From Candidatus Portnoybacteria bacterium (GTDB lineage: Bacteria > Patescibacteriota > Minisyncoccia > Portnoybacterales > GWB1-42-6): 64,000 nucleotides of DNA. Shown here piece after piece: positions 18,591-28,947 of the stretch; position 1 is the first letter of the stretch, and each line of letters opens with the position of its first letter. Under the pieces are notes generated by a model that was not told where the DNA came from, did not search any database, and saw only the letters and a list, made by a program, of their open reading frames with translations. Location: positions 161,284 through 225,283 of the forward strand of contig JAQTYI010000002.1 of NCBI GenBank assembly GCA_028688325.1. Reading direction: 5' to 3'. The position numbers and the translations under genes were made by a program.

Positions 18591-19640
18591 CTATTTGGCC
18601 GATTCGGTCGTGGTTGCCGTCCCTTTAACCTCCGGAGTGGCCGCATCTTGCGTCATTTTATCGGTGCCAAAATCAATGGATTTGGCTGCCTTAAGCAAAT
18701 CCAGCGCCCCTGCCAAGTCACCCTTCCCCAGAAGGCCTTTCGCCCCATTTAGCAAATCCAAACTTTGCTCAAACTGGTTTATCAGCACGGCTCTTATCGG
18801 CAAGTTATCGGCAAGTTTATCGGCAAGTTTATCGGCAAGTTTTTGTTCTTTTGCCGATATTTGCTTTCTGGTGTACTCAATTTCGGATATTAACTTTTCG
18901 GCTATCTCCCGCGTGGTCGTAACATTCTTGTCTGAAATATTCAAAATCATCATCTCCAATGCCGCAATATTCGTTTCGTCGGCCGCCTTGGTCGCATCGG
19001 CCAGTTTGGCGGTCAATCCCGGCTTAATATCGCCCGCCAAGTTTTCTTTGGCCGCGGCCAGTGTTTTGCCAATCTGGGAGGATTTATCGCTAACCATCTT
19101 AGCGGCAGCCAGAGCTCTTTGCGGTTCGGCCCTGGTTCCTTCTTTTACTATAACCAATTGGTTTTGCATGCTCTCGGCCACCTGAGACATTTTTTCCGCT
19201 TTTTGATCAGCCGAGTCGTTGCTATTGGCCACATCGGTCAATTCCTGCAAGCGCGCATCGGCCAGCTGGGTCTGCAGTTTTAAACGGCTGTCGCCCGATA
19301 AAGATGCCGAGACCCTGGCTCTTTCCACGGCTAATTTAACCGGATACAGAGGGCTTCCGGGCATGGCCTGCCCGGCGGCCCAAACCGATAGCGTGCCCCC
19401 GCCGACAACCACCATTGCCGCCACCGCCAAACTATGAGCCCAATTGAAAGACGACTGCTGAATATTGCCCCAAAAAGCGAAAAGCTCTCTTAAAACAAAC
19501 GCATCCCTGTTCAAAAGGTTCTTTTTTCTGTCCATTTCCAAACGGAAAGCCAGGCGTGCGCGGCAAGACAAAACCCACTCCTCGGTGGGCTTGATTTCTT
19601 TGAGCGCTTGAATTTTAGAAATGAGTTGTTTTTCGTCCAT
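18591..19640 (-). CDS. DUF5667-type membrane-anchored helical protein, putative anti-sigma partner
   Basis: A.PGSPLYPVKLAVE...RLQEL motif after a TM helix; directly downstream of the ECF sigma; contains (KLAD)n tandem repeat at 18794-18840. Confidence 0.75.
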   Translation of the reverse strand: MDEKQLISKIQALKEIKPTEEWVLSCRARLAFRLEMDRKKNLLNRDAFVLRELFAFWGNIQQSSFNWAHSLAVAAMVVVGGGTLSVWAAGQAMPGSPLYPVKLAVERARVSASLSGDSRLKLQTQLADARLQELTDVANSNDSADQKAEKMSQVAESMQNQLVIVKEGTRAEPQRALAAAKMVSDKSSQIGKTLAAAKENLAGDIKPGLTAKLADATKAADETNIAALEMMILNISDKNVTTTREIAEKLISEIEYTRKQISAKEQKLADKLADKLADNLPIRAVLINQFEQSLDLLNGAKGLLGKGDLAGALDLLKAAKSIDFGTDKMTQDAATPEVKGTATTTESAK

Positions 19641-19734
19641 TACTAAATAAGACGAAAAAACAGCAAAAGTATTACAGCTATCTTAGAATTCCCGTGTTTA
19701 TACCATAAAATCAACCCGACCGAGATGTAAAATG

Positions 19735-19848
19735 CAAATTTCTAATTGTTCTAATTTCTAATTGACCTAATTAATGGCCAATGTCTAATGTTTAAATTTT
19801 AGAAATTGGGATTTGATTAGAAATTAGGTTAATTAGGTAATTAGAAAT
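19735..19848. repeat. Inverted heptamer-repeat module, empty
   Basis: Homologous to 1901-2009. Confidence 0.75.
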
Positions 19849-20379
19849 TTATTTTAAAACTTCCTTTAAGCTGCTCAACGCCCTAGACAACAAAGTCCTA
19901 ACCGTTCCCTCCCTTTTATCCAATATCTGGGCTATTTCCTTTATCTCCAGCTCGTCCAGATAGCGCCAAATGATGACTTCGCGATAATCGTCGCTCAACC
20001 GGCTTAAGGCCGTTTTCACCGCATCCATATCCAACGACACGGCCGCCGCCTCGCCGGGCCCGTCTTTTTTATCGGCAATCGTTTTATCGACAATCTCATC
20101 CAGCGACAATGGCGAGCGGTCTTTTTGCCGATAAAAATCAGTTATCAAATTACGCGCCACTTGATAAAAGAAGGCACGCGGATTTTTTAACTGCCGGTTG
20201 CCGGTTGCCGGTTGCCGATTGCCGATATATTGCCACGATTTCAAAAACACCTCCGAGGTCAAATCCTGCGCCTGTTCTTGCGAGCCGACGCGAAAATAAA
20301 TATAGCGGTAAATTTTCCCGACATGCGCGTCATAAAGCTCCAAAAATTGTTGTTCATTGATTTGACTCTGATTGTCCAT
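19849..20379 (-). CDS. ECF RNA polymerase sigma-70 factor
   Basis: IYRYIYFRV, AQDLTSEVFLK.W, ARN...D.YR, region 4 YREVI..RY.......EIA.IL....GTVR..LSRA. Confidence 0.93.
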   Translation of the reverse strand: MDNQSQINEQQFLELYDAHVGKIYRYIYFRVGSQEQAQDLTSEVFLKSWQYIGNRQPATGNRQLKNPRAFFYQVARNLITDFYRQKDRSPLSLDEIVDKTIADKKDGPGEAAAVSLDMDAVKTALSRLSDDYREVIIWRYLDELEIKEIAQILDKREGTVRTLLSRALSSLKEVLK

Positions 20380-20414
20380 GTTTCCAAAATTTGCTGCAAA
20401 TTAGCTTAAATAAA

Positions 20415-20545
20415 GTTTTCAATTTTCAATGCTCAATTTTTCACCCTTCGGGTGACCACCCGTAGGGTGGCAATCAATTATCAAATTTTCATTGAACATT
20501 GGTAATTGAAAATTCATTGATAATTGGAAATTGATAATTTTTAAT
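20415..20545. repeat. Inverted heptamer-repeat module with an internal GC double hairpin
   Basis: TTTTCAA arms; CACCCTTCGGGTG and CCACCCGTAGGGTGG inserted at about 20442-20470. Confidence 0.7.
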
Positions 20546-20573
20546 CTATATAGTTATGCAAAAATAGTGGTTG

Positions 20574-21443
20574 TTATAGCCATAGTTTCTTCATAAACTT
20601 ACCCAAATCCTTTTTCAACTCCGGCCGGTCCATCGCGTAAATCAGATTGGCTTTCAAATAATTCAACGGGTCTCCGGTCGTCAACCATTGGCCGCCTTTG
20701 ACCGGCTTAGCCATAAAAACCCCGCCTTGTTTGACATAAGCCCTGATAGCGTCCACGATCCAAAGCTCGTTGTTTTTTCCCAAAGCGGTTTTCTTTAAAA
20801 TATTGACGATATCCTGATTCAAAATCATCCGCCCGAAATCCGCCAAACACGAAGGCGCCTGGCCCAGAGGCGGTTTTTCAACGATATCTTCTATTTGCAT
20901 CGTGCCCTTTTTCAGCTTTATTATACCGTATCGGGAGACCTCGCTGGCAGCCACTTTCTGGACGCCGATCATCAGATTGCCGTATTTGCCGTAATCGTCA
21001 ATCATTTGTTTTGTGAAAGAAACCTTTGATTTGACCAAGTCGTCGCCCCAGGCGAATATGAACGGCTCATTATCCACCAGGGTAGCGGCGGACAAAACCG
21101 GCGTGCCGTTGCCATAAGGCCCTTTTTGGCGCACATAGATAAAATTCGCCAATTCGGATATCTTTTTTACCCGCTCGCGCAAGGTTTCTTTACCTGCTTT
21201 TTTCAATTCATCCATTAACGCCCAGTTATGGTCAAAGTGGTCTTCTAACGGCTTTTTATCCCATTTTGTGACCAAAATTATATCTTCGATACCCGCGGCT
21301 ACCAGTTCTTCAATAACAAGCTGAATTATGGGCTTATCCACGATGGGCAGCATTTCCTTTGGCATGGCCTTGGTTGCCGGCAAAAGCCGGGTTCCGGAAC
21401 CCGCCACCGCCACGATCGCTTTTTTAATCAGCTTCTTTTTCAT
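20574..21443 (-). CDS. galU: UTP--glucose-1-phosphate uridylyltransferase
   Basis: KAIVAVAGSGTRLLPATKAMPKEMLPIVDKP, GDD, VEKP. Confidence 0.88.
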   Translation of the reverse strand: MKKKLIKKAIVAVAGSGTRLLPATKAMPKEMLPIVDKPIIQLVIEELVAAGIEDIILVTKWDKKPLEDHFDHNWALMDELKKAGKETLRERVKKISELANFIYVRQKGPYGNGTPVLSAATLVDNEPFIFAWGDDLVKSKVSFTKQMIDDYGKYGNLMIGVQKVAASEVSRYGIIKLKKGTMQIEDIVEKPPLGQAPSCLADFGRMILNQDIVNILKKTALGKNNELWIVDAIRAYVKQGGVFMAKPVKGGQWLTTGDPLNYLKANLIYAMDRPELKKDLGKFMKKLWL

Positions 21444-21475
21444 ATTTTTTATCGGAAATCTTATTGCCGATAAGC

Positions 21476-22075
21476 TTATTTCACGGAATACTCAGTGGCC
21501 TTTTTTTCTCCGCTCTTTTTTATCAAGCCGGCTCTGGCCATACCAGCAAGCTCGTTGCGCAATGTGCGTTCGGATATGTCATTTTTAAAAAGGGGAGACA
21601 AATCAGATATTTTTAGAGGAGCGTTTTTGTCCAGCGCCGCGAGTATCTTTGACCGGCGGCCGCTTGAATTTACTTGAGCGGAAGCGGCTGGCTTTTGAGA
21701 AGAACGCCTTTCGGGCGCTTTAATATTGTGCGACACAATATTATTTCTTTTTCCCGGCTCCCCGGCGGCGCCCCGTTCGCCCGCTTTCAACCTAAAAACA
21801 ACCTCCTGCTGCAATTTATGGTATTCAAAATCGAGTATCGTCCAATTTATCGGCTTGACCCAGTTTTGCGCTTTGGCTATCTCAAAATATATTTTCAGGC
21901 GGTCGATGTTTTTCTCAATCGGGATGAAAATTCCTTGCGCCAAATCACCCGCTATCCGGTTGCCAAGCTCGCGCAACTGGCCGGACAGAACTTCTCTTTG
22001 AGGAAAACCGTCTGTTATCCGATAAATCGCTAAACTTAAATTCAGAGCCCTCCGTGAAAATTCACGGCTCTTCAT
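21476..22075 (-). CDS. Four-helix-bundle-like N-terminus fused to a C-terminal DeoR-like winged HTH
   Basis: LSLAIYRITD.FP..E.L..QLR at the N-terminus; R..KIL..L.......ISDL......ISERTLRNEL..M...GLI.K.G at the C-terminus. Confidence 0.75.
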   Translation of the reverse strand: MKSREFSRRALNLSLAIYRITDGFPQREVLSGQLRELGNRIAGDLAQGIFIPIEKNIDRLKIYFEIAKAQNWVKPINWTILDFEYHKLQQEVVFRLKAGERGAAGEPGKRNNIVSHNIKAPERRSSQKPAASAQVNSSGRRSKILAALDKNAPLKISDLSPLFKNDISERTLRNELAGMARAGLIKKSGEKKATEYSVK

Positions 22076-22355
22076 AAGTATTATTTTATTATGTCTATGA
22101 TAACCCTCAAGGGCATCTCGGGTCAATGAAAAACGAAAAAACGGCCCGCGGCGAGCAAGTCGTTTCTTCGTTTTGATGAAACAATTGATTCTTCGTATCG
22201 TTTTTTATAATATTCGGATATTCTCCCGATTTTAATCTTTTCCGCCAATCCCCGTTCTTTTTATTCCAAGATATTGTGCGACATTATATTTTATGCTTCG
22301 CCTTTATCGTTTGTGAAACAAAAAATAAAATTAACGGCATCGCCTGTCGTTAATT

Positions 22356-23306
22356 TTATTTTTTCAAACTTTTTCGCTTTACAATTTTACTGAAATATTC
22401 GATGGTCTTTGAAATCCCCTCTTCCAACTCAATCTTCGGTTGCCAACCGAGTTCTTGACGGGCCAAAGATATGTCGGGCTGGCGCTGCTTGGGATCGTCT
22501 TGCGGCAAGGGCTTGTAAGTAATCTTACTTTTGGAACCGGTTAGTTCAATGATTTTCTCCGCCAATTCTTTTATGGTGAATTCTTCGGGGTTACCTATAT
22601 TCACCGGCCCGGCAAACGCGTCCGGCGATTCCATCAGCAAAACCAACCCTCTTATCATATCTTCAATATAGCAAAAACTTCTGGTCTGGCCGCCATCGCC
22701 ATAGATTGTTATGTCTTGCTCCCGCAAGGCCTGCACGATGAAATTGGAAACCACCCGGCCGTCATCCGCTGCCATGCCCGGCCCGTAGGTATTAAAAATG
22801 CGCGCCACTTTTATTTTCACTCCTCGCTCCCGGCGATGGTCAAAAAACAGCGTTTCCGCGCACCGCTTCCCCTCATCATAGCAGCTGCGCGGACCGATGG
22901 GGTTTACATTGCCCCAATAGCTTTCCGGCTGCGGATGAATGACCGGGTCGCCGTAGACCTCGGAAGTTGACGCTTGCAAAATCCGGCAATCAAGTTTTTC
23001 AGCCAAATTCAAAGAGCTTAACGCGCCCAGGATATTGGTTTCAACGGTCTTGATGGGATTTTTCTGGTACCAGATCGGCGAAGCAGGACAGGCCAAATTG
23101 TAAATTCCGTTGACCTTAAAAAAATAGGGCTTCTCCACATCGCCCTTGACCAGCATGAATTTTTTATCGGCCGATAAATGCTTAATATTGCCTTTTGAGC
23201 CGCTGAAAAAATTATCAAAACAGATAACCTCGTCTCCTCTTTTCAGCAAATATTCGCACAAATTGGAACCGATAAATCCGGCCCCGCCAGTGACAAGTAT
23301 TTTCAT
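22356..23306 (-). CDS. UDP-glucuronate decarboxylase (UXS-like SDR)
   Basis: [52 protein letters not shown]. Confidence 0.92.
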   Translation of the reverse strand: MKILVTGGAGFIGSNLCEYLLKRGDEVICFDNFFSGSKGNIKHLSADKKFMLVKGDVEKPYFFKVNGIYNLACPASPIWYQKNPIKTVETNILGALSSLNLAEKLDCRILQASTSEVYGDPVIHPQPESYWGNVNPIGPRSCYDEGKRCAETLFFDHRRERGVKIKVARIFNTYGPGMAADDGRVVSNFIVQALREQDITIYGDGGQTRSFCYIEDMIRGLVLLMESPDAFAGPVNIGNPEEFTIKELAEKIIELTGSKSKITYKPLPQDDPKQRQPDISLARQELGWQPKIELEEGISKTIEYFSKIVKRKSLKK

Positions 23307-24052
23307 AAATTTATCATAATTTCCTTCATCAGCTCTTTTATTTTGTCCTCTCCCGCCAAACCGATGCCACCTTGTTTATCAACCAAAACCAATCCTAAAA
23401 CTTTGCCCTCTATATTGCCCAGCGCCGCGCCGTTGGCCAGAGACGAATCGGTAAAGGTAAATGATGTTCCGGGCGTCAATGTTTTGACAAAGCCAAGGTT
23501 TACGAATCTGGAAAAGTTGCCGCCGGCCTTAGATGCGCCCGCCAAAAAAACTTTCTCGCCGAGGCGCAAATTGCCGCTATCCCCGAAATCCACCACTGGT
23601 AAATTATTGGCGTCGATTTTAAGCAGGGCCAGGTTCTTGATTTTATCTTGCTTTATCAGCTGCGCTTCATATTGTTTGTCGCCGCGCACCACTAAAATCT
23701 TTGAGCCCTTGGGCGCGCTGAAATTGGCCGTGGCGATAAGCCCGTCGCCGGTCAGGATAAAACCGGAATTGGCTATGGGTTTGGCGCCTGCCAGCACCGC
23801 CACAGTGGCGTTGCCGACTTTATCAACGGCTTCCTGATAAGCGGTTCCCTGGGAAATATAAACTCTTTCGGTCTTGTTGATTATCGTTGTGGCGTCGCTC
23901 ACATTGTAAAGCCAAGCAACTTTGTTGAAAGGCGAAAAGTTTGTTACCCACGGCAAAAACGCCCGGCTGAAAAAAACGCCGCCGGTTCCGCCGACCAAGA
24001 ACACTAAAAGCCAGAAGCCGATTATTTTTTTATAGTTGATTTTCTTAGGCAT
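23303..24052 (-). CDS. Membrane-anchored trypsin-like (HtrA-type) protein, catalytic triad apparently lost
   Basis: SGFILT.DGLI.T, LALLKID..NLP...GDS..L.LG.., G.V.G; His/Asp/Ser motifs replaced. Confidence 0.75.
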   Translation of the reverse strand: MPKKINYKKIIGFWLLVFLVGGTGGVFFSRAFLPWVTNFSPFNKVAWLYNVSDATTIINKTERVYISQGTAYQEAVDKVGNATVAVLAGAKPIANSGFILTGDGLIATANFSAPKGSKILVVRGDKQYEAQLIKQDKIKNLALLKIDANNLPVVDFGDSGNLRLGEKVFLAGASKAGGNFSRFVNLGFVKTLTPGTSFTFTDSSLANGAALGNIEGKVLGLVLVDKQGGIGLAGEDKIKELMKEIMINL

Positions 24053-24130
24053 TGTATCTTATGTTTTCAAGCTGCTCGGGCGCGGTCTTTTGGCTGCTTT
24101 TCTGCTGACAGAAAAGCAGCAGATAAATAT

Positions 24131-26740
24131 TTACTTAATAACTATTCCCTTCTCATCCGCGTCAATCGCGACAGGAGCTTCCTCGCCGATCTCCCCGGCC
24201 AGAATCTTTTTGGCAATAGCATCCAAGATCACCTGCTGTATCAAGCGCTTCAAGGGGCGGGCGCCGTAGTTGGGATCATAACCCTTATCGGCCAGGAATT
24301 TCCTGGCGCGCCCGGAAACCTTTATTTTTATTTTCTTGGCCGCCAATCGTTTTTGCACCAGACCCAACTGCAAATCCACTATCTGCGCCAAATTCTCTTT
24401 AGTCAAGCTGTCAAACACGATTTTCTCATCCACGCGGTTCAAAAATTCCGGCTTGAAATTCTGGCGCAGCGATTCCAGCACTTTATTTTTCATCGCCTGC
24501 TGCTCGCGCTTAACCGGTTCATCGCCCGAAAAGCCGAGGGTGAAGCTTTTCACTATCTCGTTGCCGATATTTGAAGTCATTATAATAATGGTGTTTTTAA
24601 AATTCACCACCCGCCCCTTGCTGTCGGTCAGGCGGCCGTCGTCCAGAATTTGCAACATCATATTGAAAACTTCCGGATGCGCTTTTTCTATCTCGTCAAA
24701 AAGCACCACGCTGTAGGGGCGGCGGCGTATGGCTTCGGTCAGCTGCCCACCTTCTTCAAAGCCAACATATCCGGGCGGAGAGCCCACCATGCGCGAAACG
24801 GAATGGCGTTCCATATATTCGGACATATCTAAACGCACGATGGCATTTTCATCGTTGAACATAAATTCGGCCAAGGCCTTGGCCAACTCTGTTTTTCCAA
24901 CACCGGTAGGTCCCAAAAAAATGAAAGAACCGATGGGCCGCTTTTCTTCCGAGACCCCGGCCCGGGCGCGGCGCACCGCGTTGGCAATGGCGGCAATCGC
25001 CTCTTCCTGATCCACTATGCGCTTGTGCAATTCATCTTCCATGCGTGTGAGCTTTTGCATTTCTCCTTCCAGCATCTTCTGCACAGGAATACCCGTCCAG
25101 CGAGCCACGACACGCGCAATTTCCGATTCGCCTATTTCTTCCTTAAGAAGGGGTTTATCTTTTTGAAAATCAACCAGCTTTTTTTGAGTGGCCTTCATAA
25201 GTTTTTCCTGATCGGGTATCTTGCCGTATCTTATTTCCGCCACTTTTTCCAGATTTCCTTCGCGCGAAGCGATATCCGCCTCTTGTTTCAGCGCATCTAT
25301 TTTTTTCTTGGCTTCGCTTATTTTCACTATCAGTTCGTGTTCGTTCTTCCAGCGAAGCTCGGCCTCTTTGGATTTTTCCTTGAGGTCGGCCAGTTGTTTT
25401 TCCACCTGGCGGAGCTTGGAGCGCGCATCTTTTGATTTTTCCTTTTTTAATGCCTGCTTTTCTATCTCCAATTGAATAATTTTTCTTTTTTGCTGATCCA
25501 GCTCGGTAGGCATGCTGTCTATCTCCAAGCGCAAAGCACTGGCCGCCTCGTCTATAAGGTCGACGGCTTTATCCGGCAAAAATCTGTCGGAAATATAACG
25601 CGAACTCAAATTGGCTGCCGCGATTATTGCCCCGTCGGTGATGCGCACGCCGTGGTGCACTTCGTATTTTTCTTTCAAACCGCGCAAAATGGCGATAGTG
25701 TCTTTAATATTGGGTTCGGACACGAACACCTGCTGGAACCGGCGAGCCAGAGCCGGATCGCGCTCGATATATTTTTGGTATTCCTTCAACGAAGTGGCTC
25801 CGATGGCCCGCAATTCGCCCCGCGCCAGCGCCGGCTTTAGTAAATTAGAAGCATCGATCGCGCCTTCAGCCGCGCCCGCTCCAACCAGTGTGTGCAGCTC
25901 GTCGATGAATAAAATATATTTGCCGGCCGAGCGGTCGACTTCCTTGAGCACCGCTTTTATCCTGTCTTCAAATTCTCCGCGAAATTTCGTGCCAGCCACC
26001 AAGGCCCCCAAATCCATAGAGATAAGTTCCTTATTTTTCAAGGACTCCGGCACATCGCCGCTCACGATGCGCTGCGCCAAGCCCTCAACGATGGCGGTTT
26101 TTCCAACACCCGCTTCGCCGATAAGCACGGGGTTGTTCTTAGTGCGGCGGCTCAACACCTGCATCACGCGCCTGATTTCTTCGTCGCGGCCAATGACCGG
26201 ATCCAATTTTTCCTTGCGCGCCAAGTCCGTTAAATTGCGCGCGTATTTTTCCAGCACCTGATATTTACTTTCCGGCTCCACATCCGTTACTTTCTGGCCG
26301 CCCCGCACCGTATCCAAAATGGCCAGCACATTGCTTTTTTCAACATTAAAACTTTTAAAAAGCTCCCTGGAGCGGCTGGGAATATCCAAAACGGCCAAAA
26401 GCAAGTGTTCAACCGAAACATATTCGTCGCCCAATCCATGGGCTTCGCGGCTGGCCTGGTTAACGAGCCGCCCCAGCTCCGGGCTCAACATCACCTGGCC
26501 GAAAGGCACCTCGCCCAATATCCTGGGCAATTTAGTAATTTCTTTTTCCAATTCCGTTTCCAAAAATGATAGGCCGACTTCCAGTTTTTCCAGCAAGGTT
26601 TTAACTATCCCGCCTTCCTGCAAAATCAAAGCCAGCGCCAGATGCAGGATGTCTATCTGGGTTTGTCCGCGCTCACTGGCAAAATTATGCGCCTCGCGCA
26701 AGGCCTCCTGGGCTTTAATTGTGAATTTGTCTATTTGCAT
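24131..26740 (-). CDS. clpB: ATP-dependent chaperone ClpB
   Basis: Two AAA+ modules ([16 protein letters not shown]), Clp N-domain and long coiled-coil middle domain. Confidence 0.96.
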   Translation of the reverse strand: MQIDKFTIKAQEALREAHNFASERGQTQIDILHLALALILQEGGIVKTLLEKLEVGLSFLETELEKEITKLPRILGEVPFGQVMLSPELGRLVNQASREAHGLGDEYVSVEHLLLAVLDIPSRSRELFKSFNVEKSNVLAILDTVRGGQKVTDVEPESKYQVLEKYARNLTDLARKEKLDPVIGRDEEIRRVMQVLSRRTKNNPVLIGEAGVGKTAIVEGLAQRIVSGDVPESLKNKELISMDLGALVAGTKFRGEFEDRIKAVLKEVDRSAGKYILFIDELHTLVGAGAAEGAIDASNLLKPALARGELRAIGATSLKEYQKYIERDPALARRFQQVFVSEPNIKDTIAILRGLKEKYEVHHGVRITDGAIIAAANLSSRYISDRFLPDKAVDLIDEAASALRLEIDSMPTELDQQKRKIIQLEIEKQALKKEKSKDARSKLRQVEKQLADLKEKSKEAELRWKNEHELIVKISEAKKKIDALKQEADIASREGNLEKVAEIRYGKIPDQEKLMKATQKKLVDFQKDKPLLKEEIGESEIARVVARWTGIPVQKMLEGEMQKLTRMEDELHKRIVDQEEAIAAIANAVRRARAGVSEEKRPIGSFIFLGPTGVGKTELAKALAEFMFNDENAIVRLDMSEYMERHSVSRMVGSPPGYVGFEEGGQLTEAIRRRPYSVVLFDEIEKAHPEVFNMMLQILDDGRLTDSKGRVVNFKNTIIIMTSNIGNEIVKSFTLGFSGDEPVKREQQAMKNKVLESLRQNFKPEFLNRVDEKIVFDSLTKENLAQIVDLQLGLVQKRLAAKKIKIKVSGRARKFLADKGYDPNYGARPLKRLIQQVILDAIAKKILAGEIGEEAPVAIDADEKGIVIK

Positions 26741-26744
26741 AATA

Positions 26745-26829
26745 CCCTACGAATTTACCAATTTTTACAAATATTACTAATAGGAACTAATATTCGTAAA
26801 CTTAGTAAAAAATTCGTAATTTAGTAGGG
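26745..26829. repeat. AT-rich inverted short-unit repeat module (TACGAAT / ATTCGTA)
   Basis: TACGAATTTACCAATTTTTACAAATATTACTAAT...TATTCGTAAACTTAGTAAAAAATTCGTAATTTAGTAG. Confidence 0.65.
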
Positions 26830-27216
26830 TTAATTTTTATTTTTCCGATAGTTTTCAATCGCCGCTCTCAATCCCTCAACCGCCAAACCAGCGCAATGCG
26901 TTTTAATCGGCGGCAAAGAACCGAGCGATTTTGCCACATCGGTATACTCAATTTTCAGCGCCTGCTCCAGCACCTTGCCCTTGGCCAGCTCCGTTATCAT
27001 GGAAGAAGTCGCGATGGCCGCCACACAGCCCAATGTTTCAAACTTAATGTCTTTGATAATTTCTTGTTTTTTTGAATTTTTGCCGACCTTAATATAGATA
27101 TTCATCATATCGCCGCAAACGGGATTCCCAACTTCGCCCACGCCGTCGGGATTTGGCATCTTACCCATATTACTGGGTTTTTGAAAATGCTTGATTACTT
27201 CTTTGGAATATAACAT
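26830..27216 (-). CDS. iscU: Fe-S cluster scaffold, IscU/NifU N-terminal type
   Basis: YS..VI.HF..P.N.G, GNPVCGD, F.T.GC..AIA.SS, LPP.K.HC. Confidence 0.92.
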   Translation of the reverse strand: MLYSKEVIKHFQKPSNMGKMPNPDGVGEVGNPVCGDMMNIYIKVGKNSKKQEIIKDIKFETLGCVAAIATSSMITELAKGKVLEQALKIEYTDVAKSLGSLPPIKTHCAGLAVEGLRAAIENYRKNKN

Positions 27217-27252
27217 AGATTTTAATTTAAAATGACAATGTAAAATTCAAAA

Positions 27253-27435
27253 TTATTTTTTTGGCCGATAAGCGCAAACAACTATATCCACGGGCTCTAT
27301 GCCTCTAAAATAATCGCAGATAGAAACATTTTTAACCGCGCATTTATGTTTTTTTGTATTTTCCTTTTTATTCCAAGGACATTCATTCTGGTTCCAGAAA
27401 ATTTTCTTCGGATCAGTCGTCAAATCAATATCCAT
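27253..27435 (-). CDS. Small four-cysteine protein (60 aa)
   Basis: ATG with upstream AAGGGGG; ECPWN..HKCAVK..SICDYF..VVCAY; sits between iscS and iscU. Confidence 0.65.
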   Translation of the reverse strand: MDIDLTTDPKKIFWNQNECPWNKKENTKKHKCAVKNVSICDYFRGIEPVDIVVCAYRPKK

Positions 27436-27550
27436 ATTCGCCCCCTTTAATTTAAAAATTTTACACTTTTAACTGTCATTTTGATATTTACATTTTTTAA
27501 ATTTTTAATTTGGAAAAACAATATTTTTGCAAAATTAACCAAGTCATAAA

Positions 27551-28807
27551 CTAGCAACCAATACTCTTTAACAACTTACTCTTCCTATCATTTACTCCGC
27601 CGGTAATGCCGCGCAATCGGCCGATGACACCGGGCAAAACTTCAAGCACGCGGTCAATATCTTTTTCTTCCGTAAACCGACCAAGGGAAAATCTGATGGA
27701 ACTATGCGCTTCCAAGTGCTCCAGGCCCAGTGCCAGCAAAACATGCGATGGCTCAAGCGCCCGCGAAGCGCAGGCCGAACCGGTGGAAACGGCAATACCT
27801 TCCAGATCCAGCGCGATTAAAATCGCTTCGCCTTCCGCTTTGGCAAATCTGAAGTTGGCATTGTTGGGCAAACGATTCTCGCGTGAACCGTTTAAAACCG
27901 CGCCTTCAATTTTTAATACGCCGCCAATCAACTTGTCGCGCAATTGTTTGATTTTTTCGTTATCTTTTTGCCGCTCGCCGATCAGTTCAATGGCCGCGCC
28001 AAGGCCCACAATTCCCGGAGTGTTATGGGTGCCTGAGCGCATCTTAAATTCCTGCTCTCCCCCATGTAAATATTTGGTAAAGACCGAGCCCTGTTTAACA
28101 AACATCGCGCCGATTCCTTTGGGTCCGTAAAATTTATGGGCCGACAATGTCAAAAAGTCCACGCCCAGTTTTTGTACATTGCAGTCCAAATAATTAACCG
28201 CCTGCACAGCGTCGGTATGAAAATATATTTTATTTGCCCGATCTTTATTTAACTTTTTTAATAATTCGCCGATGGCGGCAATTGGTTGCACAGAACCGAT
28301 TTCATTGTTGGCATACATTACAGAGACCAAAACAGTGTTTGGTTTAATGGCTTCGGCCAGCTCCGCCGGATCCACGATACCTTCCCGGCTGACCGTTAAA
28401 AACGACGCCTCGGCCAAGCCCTCTTTAACCAAAAACTCTATGGAATCCGAAACGCTTTCATGTTCAATTTTAGTGGAAATAATATGAATTTTGCTCGCCT
28501 CGTCTTTGCCTTGGCGAAGCGGGCCGCCAACCGCTTGCGCCAGTTTTTTATTCAAACCGAAGCCCTTGATAATGGCGTTATTGCCCTCGGTCGCGCCGCC
28601 CGTAAAAATGACTTCTTTTTCTTCGCAGCCCAAAAAATTGGCCACTTGGTTTCGCGCCAAAATCACTCCTTGTTGCGCGTCCTGGCCGAATTGATGAAGC
28701 GAGGAAGCATTGCCAAATTTAACGCTAAAATACGGCTCCATGGCCTCAAAAACATTGGGGTCAACCGGCGTTGTGGCGGCATAATCAAGATAGATTTTTT
28801 TACTCAT
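27551..28807 (-). CDS. iscS: Cysteine desulfurase (IscS/NifS)
   Basis: YLDYAATTP, HTDAVQ, SAHKFYGPKG, STGSAC, SIRFSLGR. Confidence 0.95.
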   Translation of the reverse strand: MSKKIYLDYAATTPVDPNVFEAMEPYFSVKFGNASSLHQFGQDAQQGVILARNQVANFLGCEEKEVIFTGGATEGNNAIIKGFGLNKKLAQAVGGPLRQGKDEASKIHIISTKIEHESVSDSIEFLVKEGLAEASFLTVSREGIVDPAELAEAIKPNTVLVSVMYANNEIGSVQPIAAIGELLKKLNKDRANKIYFHTDAVQAVNYLDCNVQKLGVDFLTLSAHKFYGPKGIGAMFVKQGSVFTKYLHGGEQEFKMRSGTHNTPGIVGLGAAIELIGERQKDNEKIKQLRDKLIGGVLKIEGAVLNGSRENRLPNNANFRFAKAEGEAILIALDLEGIAVSTGSACASRALEPSHVLLALGLEHLEAHSSIRFSLGRFTEEKDIDRVLEVLPGVIGRLRGITGGVNDRKSKLLKSIGC

Positions 28808-28947
28808 AGTATAATTTTAACACCTTACATTTTAACGCAAAATCGCTTGTCAGTCAATTTAAATAATGTTAGAATGTCTTTATTAAACTTAAATTAAAAA
28901 TTTAAAGGTCGAGCTTAACAATAAAGTTAAATTATATCTATATATCT

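Noticed and set aside
18794-18840. TTATCGGCAAG(T) tandem repeat as a phase-variation switch
   Set aside because: The repeating unit is 12 bp and keeps frame (KLAD), so it only varies helix length.
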